The notes under the pieces are model-generated. The model did no database searches, had not been told where the DNA came from, and was given only the letters and a program-made list of their open reading frames with translations. A program made the translations under genes and the position numbers. DNA of 64,000 nt from Terrimicrobiaceae bacterium (GTDB lineage Bacteria > Verrucomicrobiota > Verrucomicrobiia > Chthoniobacterales > Terrimicrobiaceae). Shown here piece after piece: positions 37,265 through 50,065 of the stretch. Positions within the stretch are counted from its first letter, which is position 1. Every line of letters starts with the position of its first letter. The DNA lies in NCBI GenBank assembly GCA_044342325.1, contig JBIIPZ010000015.1, forward strand, positions 1 to 64,000, read 5' to 3'.

Positions 37265-38998
37265 ATGAACGGACGATCGGCAGACCTCCACCGCCTCCGG
37301 ATGCCAGCCTGTGTTGCAGGACTTGCCGGGTGGGTTGCCTTTTCCCTCTCTGCCGCAGGCTCGCAAGCCGACTTTCAGGTTCCCGAGTGTCTCGCCCACC
37401 CTATTCCCTTTGAGATTTCCGAGCGGGCGGAAAAAACAGCCGAAGCCCACGCCCGCTACATGCAGGCCATTTTTGAAGAAGAAACAGAAGGCCCGGACAA
37501 GGCGCTCGAAAACAAAAAGCGCGTGCTGGCGTTGGATCCCGCCTTTTGTGATTTGGCTTTGGATGTCGCCCAGCACTATCTTCGCCAGGGAGAAACAACC
37601 GAGGCGCTTTCCGTATTGAAGGATGCCGTCAAGGCCTCGCCTCGCAATCCCTCGGCGCCTATTGCGCTGGCGAATATCTACCTTCGCCAACTTGATAAAC
37701 CAGTTCTTGCAGAGAAATTTGCCGCCATCGCGCACGACATCGCGCCGGATAATTCCAGCGCCTTCGAGATTCTATGGGAAGTTTGCCGGGCGACAGGTCA
37801 AAAAAAGCGAATCGAGGGGCTTTTTCAGAAGGCGCTGAAATCCGAAAACAAAAATCCCGCATTCTGGCTGGATTTAGCCGAACTACGGATCAGGGATACC
37901 AAGCGTTCGAAGCTCCCGATTTTGCAAAGCGACTGGGAGAAAATCCTCGTGCTCGTCGATCGTGCGGCACAAACCGGCGAGAACGATCCGGAAATCCTCT
38001 CGCGCACGGCGGATTATTATTTCGCCTGCGGCGATGCAGCCAGCGCGGTCGAGCTCTACAAGGCGGCTTTTGAAAAGCAGCCATCACTTTCTGGGTTGAA
38101 GGAAAAGCTCGCGGAGTGCTACGCGCACACCGGCGACAATGCCGCTGCCGCGCGCCTACTGGATGAGGTCATTGCAGAAACCCCAATGAATCTCGCTGCC
38201 TACGACCAACTCGCCCGCATACGACTTCGAGAAAACGAACTCCCCGCCGCCCTCACAAGCATGCGTCAGGCTCTCATGGTTGCGCCGATTGATCCACGCC
38301 GCTACGAGGACATCATCCGCATTGCCCTTCGCTCTGGAGAGAATGAAGTCGCCCTTCAATATTCCGTCGAAGCAGAGAAACGCTTCCCCTACCTGACTGG
38401 CTTCACGCTCCTGCGGGCGATCTCCCTCAGCCAATCCAAGCAACATGCCGCCGCGCTCATGGCATTTGAGCGAACACTGATCGAAGCATCGAACTCAAAT
38501 CCCGAAATGCTCGACCCGTCTTTTTACATGAGCTACGGCGCCGCCGCCGAGCAAGCGGGGCACTATGTGAAGGCGGCGGAACTCATCAAAACAGCAATCA
38601 GCCTCGATCCCGAAAATCCGGATCCCTACAATTTCCTCGCCTACATGTGGGCCGAGCAGAACGAAAATCTGGACGCCGCCGAGCAACTAGTCCACCGCGC
38701 ACTGGAACTCGACCCGCACAACGGGGCTTATGTCGACACCCTAGGCTGGGTGTTTTTCCGCCAAGGGCGCTACACGGAAGCCGTAGCCGAACTCCTCCGC
38801 GCCGCCTCGCTTCTTGAGAAGCCCGACCCTGTGGTTCTCGATCACATCGGCGACGCCTACGAAAAACTCGGCAAAACCACAGAGGCAGTCATCTATTGGC
38901 AAAAAGCCCATGGGCTGGATCCAAAAAATCCCGCGCTTGCTCAAAAAATCGACCAGCATTCCTCAAAGGTCGCAAAGCAACCCGAGGCCCAGCCTTGA
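37265..38998 (+). CDS. Exported tetratricopeptide-repeat protein (start uncertain)
   Basis: Multiple TPRs; NFLAYMWAE, AYVDTLGWVFF, DHIGDAY. Confidence 0.9.
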   Translation: MNGRSADLHRLRMPACVAGLAGWVAFSLSAAGSQADFQVPECLAHPIPFEISERAEKTAEAHARYMQAIFEEETEGPDKALENKKRVLALDPAFCDLALDVAQHYLRQGETTEALSVLKDAVKASPRNPSAPIALANIYLRQLDKPVLAEKFAAIAHDIAPDNSSAFEILWEVCRATGQKKRIEGLFQKALKSENKNPAFWLDLAELRIRDTKRSKLPILQSDWEKILVLVDRAAQTGENDPEILSRTADYYFACGDAASAVELYKAAFEKQPSLSGLKEKLAECYAHTGDNAAAARLLDEVIAETPMNLAAYDQLARIRLRENELPAALTSMRQALMVAPIDPRRYEDIIRIALRSGENEVALQYSVEAEKRFPYLTGFTLLRAISLSQSKQHAAALMAFERTLIEASNSNPEMLDPSFYMSYGAAAEQAGHYVKAAELIKTAISLDPENPDPYNFLAYMWAEQNENLDAAEQLVHRALELDPHNGAYVDTLGWVFFRQGRYTEAVAELLRAASLLEKPDPVVLDHIGDAYEKLGKTTEAVIYWQKAHGLDPKNPALAQKIDQHSSKVAKQPEAQP

Positions 38999-39010
38999 TT
39001 CAGAAGACAG

Positions 39011-40054
39011 CTACTTGAGAATGGCGCGGATTTTTTCGGCGATGCCTTGAAAAACTCCCGCTGCCGCGCTTCCAGGATGCGCAGCCACGGCAGGACGCCC
39101 CGTGTCGCCCGACTCGCGCACGAGAGGCTCGATCGGCACCTCGCCCAGCAGCGGAATCTGAAGCTTCGCCGCCTCGCGGGAACCCCCACCCGTGCCGAAA
39201 ATGTCGTAGCGTTTTCCATCCCCCGGACAGACGAAGAAGCTCATGTTTTCGACGATTCCGAGGACAGGCACATTCGTTTTGCCGAACATCGAAATGGCTT
39301 TCCGCGCATCGATGAGCGCGACCTCCTGCGGCGTGGTGACGATGATGGCCCCAGAAAGCGCCACGGTCTGAACGATGGTTAGCTGGATATCACCGGTGCC
39401 AGGAGGGAGGTCGAGGATGAGGTAATCCAAATCGCCCCACGCGACCTGACGCAAAAATTGCTGCGTGTAGCGGGTCACCATCGGCCCGCGCAAAACGGCG
39501 GGAGATCCATCATCGAGGAGGAAACCCATGGACATGAGCGAGACCCCGTGCCGCTCGATGGGGATGATGCGGTTGTCATCATCAGCCGTCGGGCGCTCGT
39601 TGGTTCCGCCGAACATGAGAGCGATGCTCGGGCCGTAGATATCGCAATCGCAGAGCCCCGTCTTGGCACCGGATTGAGCGAGAGCGAGGGCCAAATTGGC
39701 AGCGACGGTGGATTTTCCGACACCGCCTTTTCCGCTGGCCACGGCGATGACATGCTTCACGCCCTCGATCCTCGCAGGCCCCACGGCTCCGGTGGTCGAG
39801 GCAGGGGCTTGGACATCGATTTTCACAGAAACACGGCCGTCTCCGCCCATGGCTTGCAGAGCCGCCGTCGCGTCGGCGTGGATTTTTTTTGCAATGCCCG
39901 TGTCATTTGTTGAGAGCACCAGCTGCACATCGATATCCGATCCGCTCACCACCACATCGCGGAGCAAACCAAATGAAATGATATCACGCGAAAAGCCGGG
40001 GTATTTGACGGCGCTGAGAGCCTGACGAACGGAATCCTGATTGATAGAAGACAT
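39011..40054 (-). CDS. mrp: Mrp/ApbC/NBP35 Fe-S carrier ATPase
   Basis: SGKGGVGKST, DIYGPS, DLPPGTGD, TTPQEVA, ENMS. Confidence 0.96.
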   Translation of the reverse strand: MSSINQDSVRQALSAVKYPGFSRDIISFGLLRDVVVSGSDIDVQLVLSTNDTGIAKKIHADATAALQAMGGDGRVSVKIDVQAPASTTGAVGPARIEGVKHVIAVASGKGGVGKSTVAANLALALAQSGAKTGLCDCDIYGPSIALMFGGTNERPTADDDNRIIPIERHGVSLMSMGFLLDDGSPAVLRGPMVTRYTQQFLRQVAWGDLDYLILDLPPGTGDIQLTIVQTVALSGAIIVTTPQEVALIDARKAISMFGKTNVPVLGIVENMSFFVCPGDGKRYDIFGTGGGSREAAKLQIPLLGEVPIEPLVRESGDTGRPAVAAHPGSAAAGVFQGIAEKIRAILK

Positions 40055-40106
40055 GCGTGAGATTTTGCACGGACGCGGCCGGCGGGCAAGATCGATGGAT
40101 TACCAG

Positions 40107-40135
40107 TTGCCTCGCCTGCCTGCCGCGATTAGGTT
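40107..40135 (+). promoter_or_regulatory. Sigma70-type promoter for the SRP RNA
   Basis: TTGCCT-N17-TAGGTT immediately upstream of the RNA. Confidence 0.55.
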
Positions 40136-40140
40136 TTTGG

Positions 40141-40236
40141 GCGTCAGGGGCCATGGACTGCGGACCGGCGAACCCCGCCAGGGCAGGAATGCAGCAACGG
40201 TAGTCAGCTCCTCTTTGCCGTGGTCCTCTGACACCC
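40141..40236 (+). ncRNA. ffs: Signal recognition particle RNA (small 4.5S type)
   Basis: Domain IV GAACCCCGCCAGG-GCA-GGAA-TGC-AGCAACGGTAG; terminal stem TCAGGGGCCATGG / CCGTGGTCCTCTGA. Confidence 0.88.
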
Positions 40237-40290
40237 CTCCCCTTCCTCGGGCTTTCGGACGATTGTTACGAAATCGCAATACATGGCGGC

Positions 40291-41684
40291 TTGAGTTTTG
40301 CACCGCCTCTGCTCAGGTCGACGGCCGTGGAATCTGATATCGAGGCCTCAGTCATCGGCGGGCGCTATGTGATCGACCGCAAGCTCGGCTCTGGCGGAGA
40401 GGGCGCGGTTTACCTCGCGTATGACCAGCTTTTGAATCGTCATGTGGCCATCAAAAGCGTGCATACCGGTGCCGAGGCACTCACGGATGCCACGGGCGCT
40501 TTCAACGAAGCCAAGCGCCTCGCCAGCCTCCAGCATCCGAATATCGTAACGATCTTCGATTTCCTGCCATCCCACGAAAATGTGTTTGTGGTGATGGAAT
40601 TCATCAACGGCGAAAGTCTGGACAGCCTGACCCAGCCAATGGAGGCGCGGGTGTTTTGGGAGTTTGCACGCCAGTGTCTAGATGCGCTCGGAGCGGCTCA
40701 CTCGCTGGGCATGGTGCATCGCGACATCAAATCGGCGAATATCATGGTCACTTGGACCGAGGGCGGCGATGCAAGGGTCAAGCTGCTGGACTTCGGCCTC
40801 GCAAAGGTCATGGCGGCTCCATCCGAGCAAACCCTGGACCACGCGGGTGCATTGACCGGCTCGATCTACTTCCTGTCGCCCGAGCAACTCAACTGCCAAC
40901 CGATCGACCACCGCGCCGACTTCTACTCTCTGGGCTGTGTTTTTTATCGCGCTCTCACCCTGCGGAATCCGTTTCAAGGTGCCGGCATTCCGAGCATCAT
41001 CGCCGCGCATTTGCAGCACGACTTCATCCCACTCGCCGAGTATCGGCCGGATTTGCCTGCGGGCCTGTCGGCCTGGGTTGAACAGTTTTTTTCGTTCTCG
41101 CCGAATGACCGACCAGCAAATGCCGCCGCTGCGCTCGCGGATTTGGAGCGATTAAAAATTGCGCGCCCTGCAGCAAACAAAGCGGCGGCCAGGCCAGCAC
41201 CGCCACAACCGGCGGTTCCGAGCAAACCAACGCGACGCTTTCCAGTGTGGATTGCAGCGGTGGTGACAATCCTGGCGCTTGCTGGAATTCTTGCGGCGGT
41301 CAACCTGAGCCAAAGCAAGACGCCGCCGCCGCAAGCTGAAGAGGGCGAGGAGCGGGACATGTTCACCGCTGGAGAGCGCACAGCAATCGCCCGCCGCGAT
41401 GGAAAAACGGCAACGGTCACAGGCGAAATCGGGCAGTTCCGCGAAGAGGGCGCGCGGCGTTTCCTGACCTTCAAGGGAGCCGACTCCCACGATCTCGCGC
41501 TGTGTTTTGTGAATTCCGAAAAGGGCGATTTCTCCACGCGACTTCTCAAAACCTTCGTGGGAGAGAAAGTGACGGCAACGGGCGTTGTTTCAAAAGACGG
41601 TAAAAGATTGCTTCTGGAAGTGCCAAACATGAGTCAACTTCGCCGGCAGGTTCTGGCCGAACCACAGAACAAACCCAAAGCCCC

Positions 41685-41688
<4 letters not shown>
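40291..41688 (+). CDS. Membrane Ser/Thr protein kinase (start uncertain)
   Basis: LGSGGEG, VAIK, HRDIKSAN, DFG, SPEQ, DFYSLG; Pro/Ala linker, TM helix, about 110-aa C-terminal domain. Confidence 0.93.
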
Positions 41689-43704
<2,016 letters not shown>

Positions 43705-43711
43705 CCCGGGC

Positions 43712-44593
43712 TCAGCGCCAGAAGGCTTTCACAAAAGCGAGCCAGACCTTGTAGCGGGCGACTTTCACGCCCACGCCAAGCGGATGTTGCGCGACGAGGG
43801 CGAGGGTTTGGTTGGCGAGATCGAGTGGCAGCGCGCAGGCCGCCCGGAGGGCACGAGGATGAATGGCGGCCGTATATTCGGCGGCAGATTGCAGCAACTC
43901 GGTGACATGCTGCATTTCCACATAGAAACGCTCGTCGGGAATGTAAATGCGGCCAGCATCTGCATCCGAACGGCGGTCCCTCAGGATGTTGACGAACTGC
44001 AGTGCCTGACCGAAACGGCGGGCGAGCGGCAGCATTTCCTCAAGCGGCTTCGTGGAGTAATCCGGCACATACTTGAAGCACAGACGCGTCCAAAATTCGC
44101 CAACGCTGCCGGCGACAAGATAAGTGTATTCCCCCAATTCCTCCGGGGTCAAAGGCGCGGCAGGCGTGTCGGCGGAGGGAGCCACAAAGCGCTCCACATC
44201 GAAAATCTGGCCCTGAAGAATAATACGCCATTGGGAAATGATCTCATCGCGCTCGGGAAGAGTTTTGAGCGCGTCCAGCAGACGCGGCATGAGATCAAGC
44301 AACTCACGCTCGGCCCCGCTGAGACCAAGATCTGGAGACTTCTCCGGAAAAAGATCGGGCAGACCACGCAGAAGCGCGAGGCGCTGAAAGTCCGGCGCGG
44401 TCGAGGCGTCGGCGATGGTGTCCGAAGCCCGCGCCAGCATGTAGGCCAGAGAGAGGGCAGGACGGAGCTGTGCCGGCAGAATGCGCAGCGAGAGCTGAAA
44501 CGAGCGGGCAACCCGCTTCAGCAATTTCTCGAAGGCATAGGTGTCCAATACCGTGAGGGTGAGTGGACGCGGGGTGGATTCTTTTTGATTCAC
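43712..44593 (-). CDS. Squalene/phytoene synthase family protein
   Basis: VARSFQLS, YMLARASDTIAD, YTYLVAGSVGEFW, ALQFVNILRD...D...GRIYIP. GTG start overlaps the Alpha-E stop. Confidence 0.88.
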   Translation of the reverse strand: MNQKESTPRPLTLTVLDTYAFEKLLKRVARSFQLSLRILPAQLRPALSLAYMLARASDTIADASTAPDFQRLALLRGLPDLFPEKSPDLGLSGAERELLDLMPRLLDALKTLPERDEIISQWRIILQGQIFDVERFVAPSADTPAAPLTPEELGEYTYLVAGSVGEFWTRLCFKYVPDYSTKPLEEMLPLARRFGQALQFVNILRDRRSDADAGRIYIPDERFYVEMQHVTELLQSAAEYTAAIHPRALRAACALPLDLANQTLALVAQHPLGVGVKVARYKVWLAFVKAFWR

Positions 44594-45549
44594 AGCCAAC
44601 TGCAGTAGGTTTGGGCCAATGCCCGCGAGACTTCGCTGATACGCGTCTGCGTTTGGTCGAGGTATTGATGGAGGCCCGATTGGAAAATGCTGTCCACCGT
44701 CGTGTAATCGAGCGTCGAACGCAGCATTCCTGAGAGCCTCTCGGCCTCGTTGCTGAAATGCCCACGCTCGCTGCCAGAAATACTGTGGAGCGCCTGGTCA
44801 AGCGCATCCACGCTGAAGCGGATGGAACGCGGGAAGCTGTCGTGGAGTATTAAAAAACCAGCGACTTCCCAACTAGTAACGCGCCCGTGAAAAAGCTTCA
44901 GGTAAGCTTCCATCGCGCTGCAGGAGCGGAGCACAGCCATCCACTGCGTGATGTCCACATTGCCGCCCACCCGCTCCCCGCTTGGCAGGAGAACATGGTA
45001 TTTGAAATCCAGAACGCGGGATGTGGCATCCGCCCGCTCGATATACTTTCCGGCCTGCAGGAAGTGCCACCCCTCGCCATGCGTCATGGTCGCGTCGGTG
45101 ATGCCTTGGAAGGAGTGAAATTGGTCGACAAGGCTGCGGTAGAAGCCGATCGGGCTTTCACGGAAAGCCGATCGGGCGCTAGGACTCTGGAGGTGGAGAT
45201 AAAGGCGATTCAACTGTTCCCACACCTCGCTGGATATCTGCTCGCGCACGGTGCGGGCATTTTCACGTGCGAGCGTCACAGACGATAGAATCGAACTGGG
45301 GTTCGTTTTTTCGAATGTCACGAATTCCATCACGGTGTCGCCATTTAATTCCCCATGCTGGCTCTCGAAGAGCTCCTGCTCGGCAAGAGTCGAGAGGATG
45401 GGCCGCCAGAGGTCGTGGGCGCCATTTGCACTCTGATCCTCCGAATCGAGCACGAGCTGGATATTCACATCGAGTATGCGCGCGCTGGACTCGGCCCGCT
45501 CCATGTAGCGGCTCAGCCAGAAGCAGGAATCGGCAACGCGGCTCAGCAT
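44590..45549 (-). CDS. Alpha-E domain protein
   Basis: [43 protein letters not shown]. Confidence 0.93.
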   Translation of the reverse strand: MLSRVADSCFWLSRYMERAESSARILDVNIQLVLDSEDQSANGAHDLWRPILSTLAEQELFESQHGELNGDTVMEFVTFEKTNPSSILSSVTLARENARTVREQISSEVWEQLNRLYLHLQSPSARSAFRESPIGFYRSLVDQFHSFQGITDATMTHGEGWHFLQAGKYIERADATSRVLDFKYHVLLPSGERVGGNVDITQWMAVLRSCSAMEAYLKLFHGRVTSWEVAGFLILHDSFPRSIRFSVDALDQALHSISGSERGHFSNEAERLSGMLRSTLDYTTVDSIFQSGLHQYLDQTQTRISEVSRALAQTYCSWL

Positions 45550-47012
45550 GCGGCCTCCGATTCGTCGAGAACCCAAGTGTCTTTGCTGCCCCCGCCCTGC
45601 GAGGAGTTGACGACCAGCGAGCCCTTGCGCATGGCGACACGCGTGAGACCGCCCGGCACAATCGTTGTTTTTTCACCCATGAGAATGTAGGGCCGCAAAT
45701 CGATGTGGCGGCCTTCGAATTTTCCATCGAAATAGCAGGGCGAGCGAGAAAGGCTGATGACCGGCTGCGCGATGTATCCACGGGGATCGGCTATGATCGC
45801 CGCGCGGAATTTTTCGATTTCCTCGCGAGTGGCGCTTGGACCGATCATCATCCCATAGCCGCCACTTTCGTTGGCGGCCTTAACGACAAGATTCTCCAGG
45901 TTTTCCAAAATGAATTTCCGGTCGGAATCCACAGCCGAGAGGTAGGTCTCGACATTCGGAAGGATGGGATCCTCGCCGAGGTAGAATTTGATCATCGCGG
46001 GCACATAGTAGTAGGTCACCTTGTCATCAGCGACGCCGGTGCCGAGGGCGTTGCAGAGGTTCACATTGCCTTCGCGGTAGGCGTTCACGATGCCGGGAAC
46101 GCCGAGGACAGAATCCTTGCGGAAGACGGTGGGATCCAAAAAATCGTCATCGATGCGGCGGTAAATGACATCGACTTTTTTCAGCCCCTTCGTGGTTTTC
46201 ATATAAACGCAGGCGTCTTTCACCACGAGATCCTGACTGACTACGATTTCGATACCCATCGAACGCGCGAGGAAGGAATGCTCGAAGTAGGCGGAGTTGT
46301 AGATACCCGGCGTGAGCACCACCACGGTCGGATCGGGATTCCCCTGCGGAGCGACATAGCGCAGCACTTCGAGGAGTTCCTGAGGATAGCGGTCCACCGA
46401 ACGCACGGCATGACGGCTAAAAAGTTGCGGGAACACGCGCTTCATGGCCTGGCGGTTCTCAAGAAGATAGGAAACGCCGGACGGGCAGCGGCCATTATCC
46501 TCGAGGACCATGTAGGTGCCATCAGCTCCTCGGATGAGATCCGATCCGCAAATGTGGATGTAAATATCATGCGGCACATCAAGCCCGACCAACTCGGGGC
46601 GGTAATGCTTGGCTGTGCGAATGATCTCCAGCGGGATCACTCCCTCCTTCACGATCCGTTGATCGTGGTAGATGTCGTGCAAAAAGAGATTCAGCGCGCG
46701 CAGGCGCTGCTCCAGCCCCCGCTCAAGCAAGCGCCACTCGTCAGCCGGGATGATGCGCGGCACAAGATCGAACGGCATGATGCGCTCCGTGCCCTCATCG
46801 CCGCTGTAAACCGTGAAGGTGATGCCTTGGTTGAGGTAGGTCTTTTCCGCCAGAGCCCGCTTGGACTCGAAAGAAGCCGTGTCCATTTCCGAGAAACGCT
46901 CCAAAATTTTTAAGTAGTGGGGGCGAACGGTCCCATCCGCCTCAAACATCTCGTCGAAAAATCCCCCAGTTTCGTATTGACCGAAAAATCCCTTCATCCT
47001 GAGTGGGAGCAT
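45543..47012 (-). CDS. Circularly permuted type 2 ATP-grasp protein
   Basis: [61 protein letters not shown]. Confidence 0.95.
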   Translation of the reverse strand: MLPLRMKGFFGQYETGGFFDEMFEADGTVRPHYLKILERFSEMDTASFESKRALAEKTYLNQGITFTVYSGDEGTERIMPFDLVPRIIPADEWRLLERGLEQRLRALNLFLHDIYHDQRIVKEGVIPLEIIRTAKHYRPELVGLDVPHDIYIHICGSDLIRGADGTYMVLEDNGRCPSGVSYLLENRQAMKRVFPQLFSRHAVRSVDRYPQELLEVLRYVAPQGNPDPTVVVLTPGIYNSAYFEHSFLARSMGIEIVVSQDLVVKDACVYMKTTKGLKKVDVIYRRIDDDFLDPTVFRKDSVLGVPGIVNAYREGNVNLCNALGTGVADDKVTYYYVPAMIKFYLGEDPILPNVETYLSAVDSDRKFILENLENLVVKAANESGGYGMMIGPSATREEIEKFRAAIIADPRGYIAQPVISLSRSPCYFDGKFEGRHIDLRPYILMGEKTTIVPGGLTRVAMRKGSLVVNSSQGGGSKDTWVLDESEAAC

Positions 47013-47045
47013 TGTGGATCAACCAGCTGGAGGGAAGCGAAAAAA

Positions 47046-47564
47046 TCAGCGTCCTGAGGAATGGAGCGGATCTTGATTATAAGGCGACTGGACGCTGTAG
47101 AATTTCGGATACACAAAACGGGAGACCGTCGAATTGGCCCGCGTCACGCCACGCACTTTGGTGAGCCCCTTGTCACGCAGAAAAATCAACGAGGAGGCAA
47201 GCAAGCCGCTTCCCACGCCGCGATTCCTGTATTCATGGAGAATCATCGGGCCGCTGAGCAGGTGATTTCCCGCGTCAGGGTTGGCATCAAGCAGCGAGGC
47301 ACCGATGACACGCTGGCCGTGGAGAGCAACGATGCAAGAAGGGTCCGGCCTGTCGAAGGCTTCTTCCACATAGCGCCCCATGCCCTCTTCGAGCCTGCGG
47401 CTGATGTCCCCCCATGCGGTATCCATTGCGAAAGCCGTGAGCAAAACCTTGAGGGCCGTATCCTCCTCCGCCTTCTCCGCAGGTCGCAGGATGAGGGGTG
47501 GAACGGACGGCACAGGCAACTCCAGAGAGGCAAGCTCCCATTCAAAACAAATCCAGGAAATCAT
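47046..47564 (-). CDS. GNAT-family N-acetyltransferase (start uncertain)
   Basis: Acetyl-CoA motif EYRNRGVGSGLL; VYPKF near the C-terminus. Confidence 0.75.
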   Translation of the reverse strand: MISWICFEWELASLELPVPSVPPLILRPAEKAEEDTALKVLLTAFAMDTAWGDISRRLEEGMGRYVEEAFDRPDPSCIVALHGQRVIGASLLDANPDAGNHLLSGPMILHEYRNRGVGSGLLASSLIFLRDKGLTKVRGVTRANSTVSRFVYPKFYSVQSPYNQDPLHSSGR

Positions 47565-47820
47565 TTCAGCATATCTTCGAAGCAAGTCCGGATGAAGCGT
47601 TCAGGAGCACTGAACAACCCGGCCGCATGACCATCCCCTCCCTCACAGCGCATAGCAAATCTGCGCCAAGTCGGAAAATGAACGATCCGCGAGCCAGTGC
47701 GTATCCCAAAATGTAGCCGTGGGGTCAATGGAAAACCCCTCCAGTCAGAAAAAAACAAGTTCCCCGCGCTGGACAAAAAATGAGCCCTCCTCTAACCCTA
47801 GCGGCTCACTCACGAAAACC

Positions 47821-48891
47821 ATGATCGACACCATCGTATCCGCACTCGGCGACAAAGCCGATTACCTCCTCAAGCATACTTCCAAGACCGTATCCAAAGA
47901 TTTGCTCCACCTGCCGGGACCAGACTTTGTCGACCGCATTTTCTCATCCTCCGACCGCAATCAGCGCGTCATCAACAATCTTCAACGCATCCACAATTCC
48001 GGCCGCCTCGCCGGCACGGGGTATGTTTCGATTCTCCCGGTAGACCAAGGCATTGAGCACTCGGCCGGAGCCAGCTTCGCAAAAAACCCCGCTTATTTTG
48101 ATCCGGAAAACATCGTGAAATTGGCCATCGAAGGCGGTTGCAATGCGGTTTGCTCGACATTCGGCGTGCTTGGCGCCGTCTCCCGCAAATACGCGCACAA
48201 GATTCCATTTCTCGTTAAAATTAACCACAACGAACTCCTCACCTATCCGAACGCCTTTAAGGAGATTCTTTTCGGCAAAGTGAAGACAGCGTCCGACATG
48301 GGAGCGGCGGCCGTCGGGGCCACGATCTATTTTGGCTCGGATGACGCCCACCGCGAAATCGTGGAAGTCGCGGAGGCCTTCGCACTCGCCCATGAACTCG
48401 GCATGGCCACTGTTCTTTGGTGCTATCTCCGCAACCCGGCCTTCAACATCAAAGGCGACAAAGACTATCATGTCTCAGCAGACCTCACCGGCCAGGCAAA
48501 CCACCTTGGCTGCACGATCCAAGCCGATATCATCAAACAGAAGCTCCCCGAGAACAACGGCGGCTTCAAAGCCCTCAACACCGGCGGATCCAGCTACGGC
48601 AAACTCGACGAACGCATCTACACGGAACTCACCAGCGAGAACCCGATCGACCTCTGCCGCTACCAGGTGGCGAACTGCTACATGGGCCGCGCGGGCCTGA
48701 TCAATAGCGGCGGGGCCAGCGGCAAGAACGACTTCAACGAAGCCATCTACACCGCCGTCGTGAACAAGCGCGCCGGCGGCACTGGCCTCATCTCTGGCCG
48801 CAAGGCCTTCCAGCGTCCGATGGACGAAGGAGCCAAGCTCCTCCACGCCATTCAGGATGTTTACCTCTGCAAAGATGTAACGATCGCCTGA
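47821..48891 (+). CDS. fbaB: Class I fructose-bisphosphate aldolase
   Basis: [49 protein letters not shown]. Confidence 0.96.
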   Translation: MIDTIVSALGDKADYLLKHTSKTVSKDLLHLPGPDFVDRIFSSSDRNQRVINNLQRIHNSGRLAGTGYVSILPVDQGIEHSAGASFAKNPAYFDPENIVKLAIEGGCNAVCSTFGVLGAVSRKYAHKIPFLVKINHNELLTYPNAFKEILFGKVKTASDMGAAAVGATIYFGSDDAHREIVEVAEAFALAHELGMATVLWCYLRNPAFNIKGDKDYHVSADLTGQANHLGCTIQADIIKQKLPENNGGFKALNTGGSSYGKLDERIYTELTSENPIDLCRYQVANCYMGRAGLINSGGASGKNDFNEAIYTAVVNKRAGGTGLISGRKAFQRPMDEGAKLLHAIQDVYLCKDVTIA

Positions 48892-48912
48892 TCGCTCCTG
48901 ACTCAAAAACAC

Positions 48913-48958
48913 ACCGGCCGCGTCGGGGTTTCAACTCCCGTAACGCGGCCGGTTTTTT
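48913..48958 (+). terminator. Intrinsic terminator after fbaB (possibly bidirectional with the tRNA)
   Basis: ACCGGCCGCGT...ACGCGGCCGGT stem followed by a T-run. Confidence 0.85.
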
Positions 48959-48971
48959 GTGTTCAGAAAAA

Positions 48972-49044
48972 TGGGGGCAGCCGGATTCGAACCGACAACC
49001 AAGCGGTTATGAGCCGCCTGCTCTAACCGTTGAGCTATGCCCCC
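48972..49044 (-). tRNA. tRNA with CAU anticodon, most likely tRNA-Ile2 (lysidine type); CCA not encoded
   Basis: GGGGGCATAGCTCAACGGTTAGAGCAGGCGGCTCATAACCGCTTGGTTGTCGGTTCGAATCCGGCTGCCCCCA forms a full cloverleaf. G1-C72 is paired and there is no GGG/CCC anticodon stem, so it is not the initiator. It resembles ileX-type tRNAs. Confidence 0.92.
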
Positions 49045-49121
49045 GTGTGTTTCGAGCGGGGAGTAATATGACCACTTTTTGATTGCCGGCAAGCCTCGAG
49101 ACGAAGAGCATCTCGCGACCT

Positions 49122-49889
49122 ATGACACTCAAAGGAAAAACAGCCATCGTCACCGGGGGCAATAGCGGCATCGGCCTCTCCATCGTTCTGGAACTCGCCA
49201 AACAAGGCGCAAACATCGTCATTGATTATGTCGTGCATCCCGAAACCGCAGTGGCGCTCGAGCAACAAGTGCTCGCGCTCGGCGACAAGGCCATCCATGT
49301 GCAGGCTGATGTCAGCAAAACCGCCGATCTTCAAAAACTCGTCGATGCCGCCGTTTCAACTTTCGGACGCCTCGACATCATCGTGAACAACGCCGGCGTG
49401 GAGACCCGCACCTCCGTGCTCGACACGACCGAGGAGCAATACCAACGCGTGCTCGATATCAATCTCAAGAGCGCCTTCTTCGGCACCCAGATCGCCGCCA
49501 AGCAAATGATCGCCCAAGGTGGCGGCGGACGCATTATCAATGTCACCTCCGTCCACGAAGACTGGCCGATGCCGGGAAATACCGCTTACTGCCTCTCCAA
49601 AGGCGGCATGCGCATGTTAACCCGCACGGCCGGCTTGGAACTCGCTCCGCACAACATCCTCGTCACAGCCGTCGGCCCCGGAGCTGTGGCCACGCCGATC
49701 AACACCTCAACAATGAAGGACCCCTCCCTGCTGAAAAAACTCGACGACGCCATCCCCCTCGGCCGCATGGCCCAGCCGGAGGAGATCGCCAGCGTCGTTG
49801 CCTTCCTTGCCGGCGAGGGTGCCAGCTACCTCACCGCGACCACCATTTTTGCGGATGGCGGCATCATGCACTCCAGCCCCGGACTTTAA
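49122..49889 (+). CDS. SDR-family oxidoreductase (glucose 1-dehydrogenase-like)
   Basis: TGGNSGIG, NNAG, SVHE, YCLSK, PGAVATPIN. Confidence 0.93.
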   Translation: MTLKGKTAIVTGGNSGIGLSIVLELAKQGANIVIDYVVHPETAVALEQQVLALGDKAIHVQADVSKTADLQKLVDAAVSTFGRLDIIVNNAGVETRTSVLDTTEEQYQRVLDINLKSAFFGTQIAAKQMIAQGGGGRIINVTSVHEDWPMPGNTAYCLSKGGMRMLTRTAGLELAPHNILVTAVGPGAVATPINTSTMKDPSLLKKLDDAIPLGRMAQPEEIASVVAFLAGEGASYLTATTIFADGGIMHSSPGL

Positions 49890-50065
49890 TCAAGGCCGCA
49901 GCGGAGCATCTGTGCATTCCGAGGTAACAAGAAAAAGGACTTGCTGCCGAGTGTGGTCAGACCCATTTTTAAATGCCCACAAGCGCGTTAACAGCTCAGT
50001 GGGCATGAAAAAAGGCAACGCAACATTTAGAGAGCGCCATTTTTAGAAGAAAATTTCCCGAGACG

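Noticed and set aside
45267..46913. 548-aa plus-strand ORF antisense to the ATP-grasp gene
   Set aside because: Shadow ORF of a GC-biased coding strand; no recognisable domain.
48972..49900. Genomic island integrated at the tRNA
   Set aside because: No integrase and no duplicated tRNA 3' end was seen; the tRNA 3' side abuts the fbaB terminator.
49973..50006. Hairpin ATGCCCAC...GTGGGCAT upstream of the glycosyltransferase
   Set aside because: An 8-bp stem with no riboswitch consensus that I recognise; could arise by chance.
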